Origin: Minisyncoccota bacterium
GTDB taxonomy: Bacteria > Patescibacteriota > Minisyncoccia > Minisyncoccales > GBS-2
Assembly (NCBI GenBank): GCA_938023415.1
Contig: CALHEE010000028.1
Span: 1-54,818 of the forward strand
DNA: 54,818 nucleotides
Reading direction: 5' to 3'
Every line of letters starts with the position of its first letter. Position 1 is the stretch's first letter. The notes beneath the pieces were generated by a model, which did no database searches, was not told the DNA's origin, and saw only the letters and a program-made list of their open reading frames with translations. Positions 46,571 to 54,818 of the stretch are shown here, piece after piece. The position numbers and the translations under genes are program-made.

Positions 46571-46599
46571 TAAAAAAAATGTACCTCTTTGGGTACATT
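46571..46599 (-). terminator. Intrinsic terminator downstream of the 5S rRNA
   Basis: The minus strand reads AATGTACC-caaaga-GGTACATT followed by a run of 8 T. Confidence 0.7.
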
Positions 46600-46622
46600 C
46601 TTTTTAAAAATTGTAAACACGA

Positions 46623-46734
46623 TAAGGGAGCTACCTACTTTTGCCCGAAAAATCGGACTATCATCGGCCTTGGGAGATTTCACGACTGAGTTCGGAATGG
46701 GATCAGGTGGAACCCTCCCAGTATCGCTCCCTTA
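46623..46734 (-). rRNA. rrf: 5S ribosomal RNA
   Basis: The reverse complement contains CCACCTGATCCCATTCCGAACTCAG. The terminal helix TAAGGGAGC/GCTCCCTTA closes the molecule. Ends are accurate to within a few nt. Confidence 0.85.
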
Positions 46735-46884
46735 TCCTATTTACAATTTCGACCAAAACTTAATGTGTGGGGCAAGTTCCAACGATCGATTAGTACTCCT
46801 CGGCTCAACCCCTTACGGGGCTTTCACCTGGAGCCTATCAACCTCGTCATCTCCGAGGGATCTAAGAGCCCTGATCTTGGGGTT

Positions 46885-46917
<33 letters not shown>

Positions 46918-47036
46918 TAACCCAACGTGGCTACCCAGCAGTGCCGATGGGCTCGACAGCTGGTACACCAGAGGTTGGTTCTCCGAGGTCCTCTCGTACT
47001 GTCGGAGACTCCCCTCAAGGCTCCACGCCTGCGGCA

Positions 47037-47073
<37 letters not shown>

Positions 47074-47152
47074 ACTCACGGATCGCTTTAACCGGCGAAC
47101 AGCCGGACCCTTGGCAGCTTCTCCACCGCCAGGATGCGACGAGCCGACATCG

Positions 47153-47945
47153 CTTCCCCAAATTTTTAATTTTGGGTAAGGACTATGCCTTCATCCCCTT
47201 TTTTTTAAAAGGGGAGGCGGCCGTATTGGCCTTCCTTATTTGGAAGACCCCCTCGCATTTTGCGAGAAGTCTCTACAGGACTTAACTTGGGAGTTTATAA
47301 GACAAAGAAGGAAGAAGATAAGGTTTTACTAACTCTTTTACTCTTGCTAAGCTTTCTTTTTTAATTCTTATTCGATAACGATTTTTGTCTTTATTTAACC
47401 TTCCTTTGATTCCTAACTCTCGTAAATAGTGCAACAATCTTCTCTGATCCTTAAAAGAAAACTTTTGAGTATTTAGATAAAGATTTCCTTGAGACAAGCT
47501 TCCATCATCCATCAACCAAACAGCCAGAATCAAATCATTCAGTTTAAGGTCTTTGGGAATTACTTTCCTCCCTCGACAATAAAACTTCTCATACAGCTCA
47601 GTCAGTTCAGGATGTTCTCGAGTAAAAAACCTGTAAGCTTTTCTTTTTTCATCAATTATTCTTTCTTTTGGTGGACTCTCACAAATTTCTTTCAAAATCT
47701 TATATTTCCATTCCACATATTCTTTCGCCTTTATCGAATGATTCACTTCCAAAAATGCATCTTTTCTTCCTGGAAGCTTTCTTAAATCTCCATCTCCTAA
47801 AATACATCCAATTATTAGCGATCTTTGTTCCCAAGTTAAGTTTCCCACGGCGTGAGTCATTTTTCATTATATCCAAACTTTGACCTTTCGCCGTTTTGGG
47901 CCGCTTTTTTATAGGGAAATTACTTTCCCTAGCACCCCGCTCTTG
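47153..47945 (-). mobile_element. Group I intron (793 nt) in 23S domain V, carrying a homing endonuclease ORF
   Basis: It interrupts GGCACCU|CGAUGUCGG. The 5' exon ends in U, which pairs with G of the internal guide GGGTGC (47937-47932). The intron ends in G. A P2-like hairpin lies at 47931-47912. An AAGGCATAGTCC J8/7-P7-like motif lies at 47191-47180. Confidence 0.8.
47282..47860 (-). CDS. LAGLIDADG homing endonuclease (double-motif, single-chain type), intron-encoded
   Basis: Two motifs are present: [12 protein letters not shown] and [11 protein letters not shown]. 192 aa, lying entirely inside the 23S interruption. Confidence 0.85.
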   Translation of the reverse strand: MTHAVGNLTWEQRSLIIGCILGDGDLRKLPGRKDAFLEVNHSIKAKEYVEWKYKILKEICESPPKERIIDEKRKAYRFFTREHPELTELYEKFYCRGRKVIPKDLKLNDLILAVWLMDDGSLSQGNLYLNTQKFSFKDQRRLLHYLRELGIKGRLNKDKNRYRIRIKKESLARVKELVKPYLLPSLSYKLPS

Positions 47946-50524
47946 AGGTGCCGAACAGGGCCGTTGATGTGGACTCGCGGGCCCTACTAGCCTGTTATCC
48001 CCAGGGTAGCTTTTGGCTGATGATCTTCCCGTTTCCTACAACAACGGGTCGGTTCACTGGGTCCTGGTTTCCCAACTGCTCGGGGTATCCCCCTCGCAGT
48101 AAAGCCGGCTTTTGCCCCTGCACTTTCAGCGCGATTTCCATCCGCGCTAAGCCGACCTTTGAACGCCCTCGTTACCTTTTAGAGGGCAACTGCCCCAGTT
48201 AAACTGCCCAAGTGGCACTGTTCCCACTTGACCTTGGCTTTTTTCCTAAGGTCAAGATAGGTTAGGATTAAGGCTTCCAGTGGCGGGTGTTCCATTGACG
48301 GCTCCAGAGACCCCGGAGAGCCTCCTTCATCGCCTCCCCGCTACGCTATGCACCAGAGACCAAAATCCAATACCACCCTGCAGTAAAGCTCCAGGGGTCT
48401 TTTCGTCTAGCCGCAGGTTGGGGGCATCTTCACCTCCACTGTATTTTCACCGGGCGCCTCGTTGAGACAGTTCCCTAGTCGTGAAGCCTTTCATGCGGGT
48501 CGGAACTTACCCGACAAGGGGTTACGCTACTTTAACACGGTTATAGTTACCGCGGACGTTCACCCGTGGCTTAAAGCGGTGAGCTATCTGAAAAATCAGA
48601 TAACCCCCACCAATAACACACGGGCACTGGTCAGGCCTCAGCCCCTATACATCCTCTTTCGAGTTAAGCAGGGACCTGTGTTTTTGTTAAACAGTCGCCA
48701 GGGAAACTTTCGCTGCGGCCTAAACCATAAAGGTTTAGGCAGGCCTTATCCCGAAGTTACGACCGCTTTTTTGCCGAGTTCCTTAACGAGGTCTCACCCG
48801 TTGGCCTTAGTGCTCTTACACCAACCCACCTGTGTCGGTTTGCGGTACGGATCCCTTCAGTTTAACCCTACCACCTTTTCTAGGCCAGAGATTCATTCAA
48901 GATGGGAGAAAAATCTCCCGTAGGAAATCCCAATAATCCCCCTGAACTACTCTCTGGCGTCAGTGTTCAGAAACTGAAGGGAGGGCCGGAATATTAACCG
49001 GCTGTCCATCGACTACGGGTTTTCCCCTTCGTCTTAGGGCCGCCTAACCCTTGGCCGATCGCCGTTGCCAAGGAAACCTTGGGTTTTCGGCCTGGCAGGT
49101 TTTCACTGCCATTGCGGTTACTCATGCCAACATTCTCACTCCTCACCGCTCCACCGTCAGTCACCTTCCGGCTTCAGTGCGGTGAGGACGCTCCCCTACC
49201 TTCTCCAGGAAAAATTCTTTTCCTGGAGAACCTTATCTTCGGTACTGAGCTTAAGCCCCGATGAATCTTCGGCGCACTCCCTCATCGAGTAGTGAGTTAT
49301 TACACACTCTTTAAAGGATGGCTACCTCTAAGCCAACCTCCTACCTGTCAATGAGGGAGCACTTCCTTAAAAAGCACTTAGCTCAGATTTAGGGACCTTA
49401 GATGAAGGTCTGGGCTGTTTCCCTTTTGACTTTGGACCTTAGCGCCCAAAGTCTGACTGCCCGGCTACCTTTCCCGGTATTCGGAGTTTGGTAAGAATAC
49501 CTGGATTTCTCCAAGGCATTCTTTCCAGTGCTCTACCCCCGAGAAAGATTTACCGGACGCTAGCCCCAAAGCTATTTCGGGGAGAACCAGCTATTTCCGG
49601 GCTCGTTTAGCTTTTCACTACTTACCACAGCTCGTCCCAGGGTTTTGCACTACCCACGGGTTCGGGCCTCACCCTGTAAATTCTACAGAGATCACCCTGG
49701 CCATGGTAAGCTCGCCCGGTTTCGGGTCTTACCCATACCCCTCACGCGCTTTTCGCACTCGGTTTCCCTTTGCCTCCGTCCCAGAAGGACTTAGACTCGG
49801 GGTATAGGTAAACTCGTTGGCTCCTGCTCCAATAGGTACCCCGTCACCCTCCACAGAAAGTGGAGAGCTCCGAGTTCATGTCGGCGAGATGGTTTCAGGT
49901 TCTATTTCACCCCGGTCACCCCGGTACTTTTCACCTTTCCCTCACGGTACTGGTGCACTATCGGTGAGGTTGAGTATTTAGCCTTAGCTGAGTAGTTCAG
50001 CTTGCTTCCCACAGAGTTTTCATTCTCCGTGGTACTTAGGAAGAATGACAAGGAAGTCTTTCCCCTTTCGCTTACGGGGCTATTACCCTCTATGGCGGGT
50101 CTTTCCAGACTCCTTCAGCTAGGGGAAAGATTTTTTACTTCCCTCTCTCAGAAAAATTCTGAGAGAACGTCATTCTCCTGCAACCCCTAGTCAGAAAAAA
50201 TTCTGACTAGGTTTAGGCTCTTCCCTCTTCGCTCGCCGCTACTGAGGGAATCCCTATTGGTTTCTTTTCCTCTGGGTACTGAGATGTTTCAGTTCCCCAG
50301 GTGCGCCTCCCATCGATAGTTATCTACCGATGGGATGAATGGCATTGAGTTGCCATTCGGGTTTCCCCATTCGGGAATCTGCGGATCAACGGTTGGTAGC
50401 CACCTCCCCGCAGCTTATCGCAGGCACCCCACGCCCTTCTTCGCCTCAACCTCCCGAGGCATCCACCATCCGCCTTAGTGGAGATCTTGCCCCACACACT
50501 AAATTTTGGTCTTTTTGTATTTAA

Positions 50525-50536
50525 TTTTCAAAGAGC
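50525..50536 (-). promoter_or_regulatory. boxA-like antitermination element in the 23S leader
   Basis: The minus strand GCTCTTTGAAAA compares with boxA GCTCTTTAACAA. It lies immediately 3' of a stable hairpin (boxB position). Confidence 0.5.
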
Positions 50537-50546
50537 TTTTTTAATG

Positions 50547-50573
50547 AAAAACCGCTTCTGAGAAGCGGTTTTT
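50547..50573 (-). terminator. Terminator-like hairpin (AAAAACCGCTTC-loop-GAAGCGGTTTTT) between the upstream gene and the 23S
   Basis: A perfect GC-containing stem followed by T residues on the minus strand. It could terminate gene 50718-51398, or it could be the boxB-like hairpin of the rRNA leader. Confidence 0.5.
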
Positions 50574-50652
50574 CTGGTGAAGATAAAAAATCCAGAAATC
50601 AACCGCTTCCGCCAGGAATAGAAAAATTCTTTTGCTCCATATTCATGCTTTC

Positions 50653-50681
50653 AATTTAGCAAACTAAAACAACCTTGTCAA
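50653..50681 (-). promoter_or_regulatory. Candidate 23S-5S promoter (TTGACA-17 nt-TAAATT)
   Basis: Minus strand: cTTGACAagg at 50681-50676 and TAAATT at 50658-50653, about 150 nt upstream of the mature 23S 5' end. Confidence 0.5.
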
Positions 50682-50717
50682 GAGGCGAAAACTCTTTTTC
50701 GTTTGAAAATTATAATT

Positions 50718-51398
50718 TTACTCCGACAATTTCTTTCTTATATCCTCGATGATTTTAGCTGCTGCTTCCTTTCCACCTAACCCAAATGCCAAGCCAAAAG
50801 CCAAAGTGAAGGTGGCGACAAATCCGAAAACTAAGGCATTAACAATTTGAGTGGCAATATTCAGTTGGAGGAGAATGGCAAAAATGGCCAGGAGATAAAT
50901 TCCCCAACGAACAATCCCTCCCAAAATTCCGACATATTTTACTCCTATTTTTTGGGCGCTAGCTTTAATAATTTTTTGCAAAATCTCAGCCAGAATAATC
51001 GCCACTATTAAAATAGCAATGGCCACAATTAAATTAGGAATCCAACTGATGAATCTTTCTAAAAGGGCAGCAAATTGAGGAAGTCCCAAAATTTCAACCA
51101 TCAACTGTAAGGCAACAATCACTAAAATCCATTTGAAAATCGCTCCAATAAACTCGGAGGGGTTTACTCTAATGTCTGCTCTCTCAAAAGCATCCTTCCA
51201 TCCTGTTCTTTCAAAAAGTTGATTTAACTTTAATCGAGTTAAAATTTCACTTACTAATTTTCCTACTAAACTCGCTATCAACCAACCAATGACAAAAACA
51301 AAAATCGCCACAATCAATTTTGGGATAAACTCGACCACGAGCCTTTGAAAAAGATTTTGAAGAGTTTGAATGAAAAATTCTTCTCCTTGGGAAATCAT
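50718..51398 (-). CDS. Conserved TM-helix repeat membrane protein (mechanosensitive-channel-associated TM_helix family-like)
   Basis: 226 aa. Repeated amphipathic/TM segments carry the P(K/N)LI(V)AI motif (IPKLIVAIFVFVIGWLIA, IPNLIVAIAILIVAIILA). Confidence 0.5.
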   Translation of the reverse strand: MISQGEEFFIQTLQNLFQRLVVEFIPKLIVAIFVFVIGWLIASLVGKLVSEILTRLKLNQLFERTGWKDAFERADIRVNPSEFIGAIFKWILVIVALQLMVEILGLPQFAALLERFISWIPNLIVAIAILIVAIILAEILQKIIKASAQKIGVKYVGILGGIVRWGIYLLAIFAILLQLNIATQIVNALVFGFVATFTLAFGLAFGLGGKEAAAKIIEDIRKKLSE

Positions 51399-51491
51399 AT
51401 TAATGAAAAAATGAAATTTTTTTCGACCTTTTGAAAAGCCTTAATAATATTATAGCAAATGGGAAAAAAAATAAAATTGTGGAAAAGTTAA

Positions 51492-51562
51492 TGGACCTAG
51501 GCAGAATTGAACTGCCATCTCCGCCTTGCAAAGGCGGCGTTCTGCCATTAAACTATAGGCCC
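51492..51562 (-). tRNA. tRNA-Ala (anticodon TGC)
   Basis: Acceptor GGGCCTA/TAGGTCC with the G3:U70 identity pair. Anticodon arm CCGCC-TTTGCAA-GGCGG. T arm GGCAG-TTCAATT-CTGCC. Confidence 0.85.
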
Positions 51563-51563
51563 A

Positions 51564-51635
51564 TGGGTGAGACAGGATTTGAACCTGTGACCCCTGCAAT
51601 GTGAGTGCAGTGCTCTACCGCTGAGCTACTCACCC
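51564..51635 (-). tRNA. tRNA-Val (anticodon CAC)
   Basis: Acceptor GGGTGAG/CTCACCC. D arm GCTCAGCGGTAGAGC. Anticodon arm CTGCA-CTCACAT-TGCAG. T arm ACAGG-TTCAAAT-CCTGT. Confidence 0.85.
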
Positions 51636-51648
51636 TGGAGATTAATTT

Positions 51649-51677
51649 ATCTTAGCGAATTTTCCTGAGGTTGGCAA
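51649..51677 (-). promoter_or_regulatory. Sigma-70-like promoter for the tRNA-Val/tRNA-Ala pair (TTGCCA-17 nt-TAAGAT)
   Basis: Minus strand: TTGCCA at 51677-51672 and TAAGAT at 51654-51649, 13 nt before the tRNA-Val 5' end. Confidence 0.5.
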
Positions 51678-51686
51678 GTTGAGAGG

Positions 51687-54600
51687 TTATTCTTTGGGAA
51701 ATTCTTTTGCTTTAATTTGAGCAATTTTAAGTTGAAGCAATTTTTGAGCTTTGTAGGCTCTGTATTGAGCTTTTCTTTCATCTAACCATTGCTCGAAATT
51801 GATAATTTTATTCTTGAAGGCCCAAACAAACAAAGAAGCTCCCAAAAGAGGCAACAAGAAAGAGTCGAAAAGGAGATTGTTTGTCAATCCGGTAGGAATG
51901 CTAATGCCAGCAACTGCTTTTTTTCTCACGACCACTCTGGCAGTATCTTGAGCAGAAATATTTCCGCTGAAAGCACTAGCGGTATTTACCAAAGAAGTTT
52001 CCCCAAAAGGGAAATGCTCACTTGAAAGAAGATCCGCTTCAAAGGTGACATTTTTTGTTTGATTTGGAGAAAAATTGCCTAAATTCAAACCAGCGAAAAT
52101 ATCACCGCTCACTGGTACCCCGTCAACCTTAAGATTTCCGCGGTATTTCATTTTTTCTGGTAAGAAATCTTTGAGAATGACATTTTCTAAAGAGGTATTG
52201 CCAGCTTGAACTTGAATGGCAAAAGAAATCACTTCTCCAGGATCAGCCTCAACAGAATCTAACCAGGAAGTGCCATCAGAAAGATTGCGCACCCATTTTC
52301 TCAAAATTAAACCAGCAACAGGAGAAGGCTGTTGAACATTGATGAAAACAGAATCTGAAGCTGAACCTCCAGGACCAGTACAAGTGATAGTGTAGACTTT
52401 TGAAGAGGTTAAATTGCTAATGGTTTCTGAACCTGATGTTGGTTTTGTTCCTGACCAATCACCAGAAGCATAACAAGAATTGGCATTCGTTGAACTCCAA
52501 GTTAAAGTGGCAGAGCTCTTGTAAGGTAAGGTAATGGGGCCATCAGAACCATTGGCTTTAATGTCTACCGTAGGTGAAGGATAAGAAGGAAAAGTGTAGC
52601 AAGAGGAGACATTAATAGGAATGGAATTTTCGGCAAAAATTCCTTGTCTTTCTACTTTCACCTTCGCAAAGTAAGTTCCAGGTGAAGAAAAAGAACAAAG
52701 ATTAGAAGCTGTGTATGAGGAAGCAGAGGTGGTATAAATTTTTTCCCAAGTGCCGTCTGAAGTGCAATCAAAAAAGTAAGTAATCGCTCCGCTGGCTGTT
52801 CCAGAAACTGTAGCGGTCAAACTTACATTGGTTAAGGGGGCACAACCTGAAGAAGGATGGGCAGAAATTAAAACAAAGAGAGTGGGAGAAGAAACATTAA
52901 CAATTACAGAATCTGTGGCTGAACCTCCAGGACCAGTACAAGTGATAGTGTAGACTTTTGAAGAGGTTAAATTGCTAATGGTTTCTGAACCTGATGTTGG
53001 TTTTGTTCCTGACCAATCACCAGAAGCATAACAAGAAGTGACATTTAGAGAAGTCCAGCTTAAGGTTACGGAACTATTGTAAGAAATGGTAATTGGACCA
53101 TCAGAACCATTGGCCTTAAGATCAACGACCGGTGTTGGTGAAGAAACAAGAATGGTTGCTTGGGCCCAAGCAGGTTCGGCTGCTCCTCTTTCGACATAGA
53201 CTTTAGCATTGTAAGTGCCACCTGTTAAATAATTGCAGGCATCAACAACGATTTTTGGATTTTCAGTAATCCCAGTGAAAACATATTCCCAGGTCCCATC
53301 TGAGGTACAATCAAACTTATAATTGATAGTTCCGATGGCAGTTCCCGAAACAGTTGCTTTCAGGTCAACACCATAAAGGGGGGCAGAACCAGTAGCAGGA
53401 ATAGCCTCTAAGGTGACAAAGAGGGTTTGGTTTTTCACTAATACATTCATTGAATCTGAAGCAGAAAGACCTTTAGAATCAGTCACTGTTAAGGTGCAAG
53501 TAATTAAAGTATCAGCAGAAACTGCCGGGGCAGTAAAAGTAGGTTGGGCAATGTTTGGATTTGATAAAGTCCCACCAGTACAATTCCATTTAAAAGTAAT
53601 GGGGTCTCCATCTGGATCAGATCCTGAGCCTTCCAAAATAATGCTTTGGGTCTCTAATACTTCTTTATCAGGTCCAGCATTGGCAATAGGAGGTTGGTTA
53701 CAATCTCTAAATTCAACAGTAATTGAAGAAGGAACAGTTGAGGTGGACTCTATCTCTCCATCAGGTTTTTTTCCGTAAACTCTCCCAGAAAAAGTGTAAG
53801 TTCCGGGATTATTTTTTGTAATTGACCATTGCTTTTGACAAGAAGTTTGCCAATTGCAAGATTGACAATTTGAATCTAAACAAACTTTCTCTACTCCTTG
53901 AGCATCAACTGCTGAGATAGTAAAAGTAATTGATTGCCCAATACAAGTTGAAAGACAAGAAGAAGTTAAAGTGCCTCTTACTGGATCGTTTGGATAACAT
54001 CTTAAATCTTCAACGCACCTTGTTTGAGATTCAAGATCACAACCTTGGGGGTTGCAGGTTCTCGTTCTTTCTTGCCACATTTGAGTTTGAGCGCAACCTC
54101 CTTGTCCGCATCCCCGGTCTTGCCATTCAGACCAAGGGCTACAATTACAAGGAATGGGGTTAACTGTCACTGAACAAGAAGCAGATTTTTGTTGGTTTCC
54201 TGAGCTCACCTCAACGGTAGCTGTATAATTTCCAGGTAAAGAAAAAGACTTTTGACATATAGGAGAAGAATATCCACTACAAGCTCCAGACCAAGTATAA
54301 GTGTAACTTCCTGTCCCTCCGGTAGCATAAGCTTGAAAGTTTACTAATTGATTAACTTGAGCTGGATTTGGTGAGGCTGAACAAGAAACATTTAAGGCCG
54401 GCCAGAGACATTGACCATTTTGGCAGATTTTTCCCTCTGTCTCGCAGTTTTGGTAATTTTCCCATTGAGAATAACTGTAACAAGAATTTTGAGAACATCC
54501 TCTTTTGATTTTTTCTCTTTGAACCCAATTGTCAGAACATCGGTAATTATTGGTCCAGCTATCGAGACCACAATCTTGAACTTGCCGCCATTCAGAATGG

Positions 54601-54818
54601 GCAAAACATTGATTGTTTGAACAACCCCTATTTATGTATTCTCTTTCTAAATATCTTGAGCTGGTACAGCGATAATTATTTGTCCAATCAGAAACGCCAC
54701 AATCTTGAATGGTCGTCCAGGAAGACCATTCTAAACAAGGGTCAGGGTCATAGTTGCCACAGGTTCTCTCTTGTAAGTAGCGAGAAGAAGAACATCTTTT
54801 TTCTTTTTGACCGATAAA
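51687..54818 (-). CDS. Very large modular surface protein (partial; N-terminus lies beyond the right edge). It has Cys/Trp-rich TSP1-like repeats, PKD/Ig-like domains, a DUF11-like domain and a C-terminal TM anchor.
   Basis: Manual translation shows the frame of ORF 51687-54209 stays open to 54818. The listed GTG is only the first start-like codon in that frame. See the findings for modules. The C-terminus has one TM helix plus a basic tail. Confidence 0.8.
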   Translation of the reverse strand, partial: FIGQKEKRCSSSRYLQERTCGNYDPDPCLEWSSWTTIQDCGVSDWTNNYRCTSSRYLEREYINRGCSNNQCFAHSEWRQVQDCGLDSWTNNYRCSDNWVQREKIKRGCSQNSCYSYSQWENYQNCETEGKICQNGQCLWPALNVSCSASPNPAQVNQLVNFQAYATGGTGSYTYTWSGACSGYSSPICQKSFSLPGNYTATVEVSSGNQQKSASCSVTVNPIPCNCSPWSEWQDRGCGQGGCAQTQMWQERTRTCNPQGCDLESQTRCVEDLRCYPNDPVRGTLTSSCLSTCIGQSITFTISAVDAQGVEKVCLDSNCQSCNWQTSCQKQWSITKNNPGTYTFSGRVYGKKPDGEIESTSTVPSSITVEFRDCNQPPIANAGPDKEVLETQSIILEGSGSDPDGDPITFKWNCTGGTLSNPNIAQPTFTAPAVSADTLITCTLTVTDSKGLSASDSMNVLVKNQTLFVTLEAIPATGSAPLYGVDLKATVSGTAIGTINYKFDCTSDGTWEYVFTGITENPKIVVDACNYLTGGTYNAKVYVERGAAEPAWAQATILVSSPTPVVDLKANGSDGPITISYNSSVTLSWTSLNVTSCYASGDWSGTKPTSGSETISNLTSSKVYTITCTGPGGSATDSVIVNVSSPTLFVLISAHPSSGCAPLTNVSLTATVSGTASGAITYFFDCTSDGTWEKIYTTSASSYTASNLCSFSSPGTYFAKVKVERQGIFAENSIPINVSSCYTFPSYPSPTVDIKANGSDGPITLPYKSSATLTWSSTNANSCYASGDWSGTKPTSGSETISNLTSSKVYTITCTGPGGSASDSVFINVQQPSPVAGLILRKWVRNLSDGTSWLDSVEADPGEVISFAIQVQAGNTSLENVILKDFLPEKMKYRGNLKVDGVPVSGDIFAGLNLGNFSPNQTKNVTFEADLLSSEHFPFGETSLVNTASAFSGNISAQDTARVVVRKKAVAGISIPTGLTNNLLFDSFLLPLLGASLFVWAFKNKIINFEQWLDERKAQYRAYKAQKLLQLKIAQIKAKEFPKE
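52360..52479. repeat. 120-bp perfect direct repeat, copy 1 (inside the surface protein gene)
   Basis: Base-for-base identical to 52918-53037. It encodes CYASGDWSGTKPTSGSETISNLTSSKVYTITCTGPGGSA. Confidence 0.9.
52918..53037. repeat. 120-bp perfect direct repeat, copy 2
   Basis: Identical to 52360-52479, offset by 558 bp (186 codons). The flanking sequence of the two modules has clearly diverged. Confidence 0.9.

Noticed and set aside
47946-50499. Additional large insertions in the 23S rRNA
   Set aside because: After removing the 793-nt intron, the exons total about 2.94 kb, which is normal for bacterial 23S. The conserved blocks I could recognise are contiguous. Only small hairpin-sized variable regions were seen.
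50504-50546. Alternative 23S promoter TTGAAA-17 nt-CAAAAT immediately upstream of the mature 5' end
   Set aside because: The -10 box is weak, and transcription from here would start inside the 5' strand of the 23S processing stem, removing part of it. The upstream TTGACA-17-TAAATT element is preferred, but only experiment can decide.
51780-51910. C-terminal sorting signal (sortase LPXTG, PEP-CTERM or PGF-CTERM) in the surface protein
   Set aside because: The sequence before the TM helix is SIPTGL, which lacks the x position of LPxTG. The cytoplasmic tail after the helix is about 40 residues, far longer than sorting-signal tails. No sortase or exosortase gene is nearby. It is treated as a plain C-terminal membrane anchor.
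52360-53037. The 120-bp repeats as a diversity-generating retroelement template/variable repeat pair
   Set aside because: The copies are perfectly identical, with no adenine-specific mismatches. Both lie in-frame inside the same gene as part of a duplicated domain cassette. No reverse transcriptase is present in the window.

Overview
This is an AT-rich, gene-dense bacterial chromosome segment, transcribed mostly on the minus strand. GC-rich rRNA and tRNA genes stand out as islands. Several traits point to an ultra-small Patescibacteria/CPR-type genome, though that assignment is an inference: short housekeeping genes, a 23S-5S unit with no 16S nearby, an intron-interrupted 23S, an archaeal-type Hjc-like nuclease, and FemAB and GT-C enzymes.

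Contents, left to right:
- hrcA 5' end with a CIRCE operator
- two GT-C glycosyltransferases
- PPP phosphatase, AMMECR1 and PHP genes
- an inositol operon: myo-inositol-1-phosphate synthase, PadR, double-HAD phosphatase and CDP-alcohol phosphatidyltransferase
- efp
- DUF488, an Hjc-like nuclease and rsmE
- a P-type ATPase relic
- an ATP-cone/PD-ExK nuclease
- metal ABC, Rrf2, ArsR, thioredoxin-like and permease genes
- tRNA-Gln, dnaX, cysS, a PimA-like GT4, dnaB, recR, rplU and rmuC
- a Ca2+-related transporter trio, followed by tRNA-Glu
- two cell-envelope units: mraZ-rsmH-ftsL-ftsI-Mur-like, and mreCD-mrdA-lysS-serS-hydrolase-TM-MurF-DegT-FemAB-ftsQ
- 5S and 23S rRNA. The 23S carries a 793-nt group I intron encoding a LAGLIDADG endonuclease, inserted in the peptidyl-transferase loop.
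- tRNA-Val and tRNA-Ala
- a giant repeat-rich, Cys/Trp-rich surface protein that runs off the right edge

The strongest candidates for new biology are the inositol-lipid gene set, the TM-MurF/DegT/FemAB module, the ATP-cone nuclease and the TSP1-like surface protein. No CRISPR array, transposase or integrase was seen.
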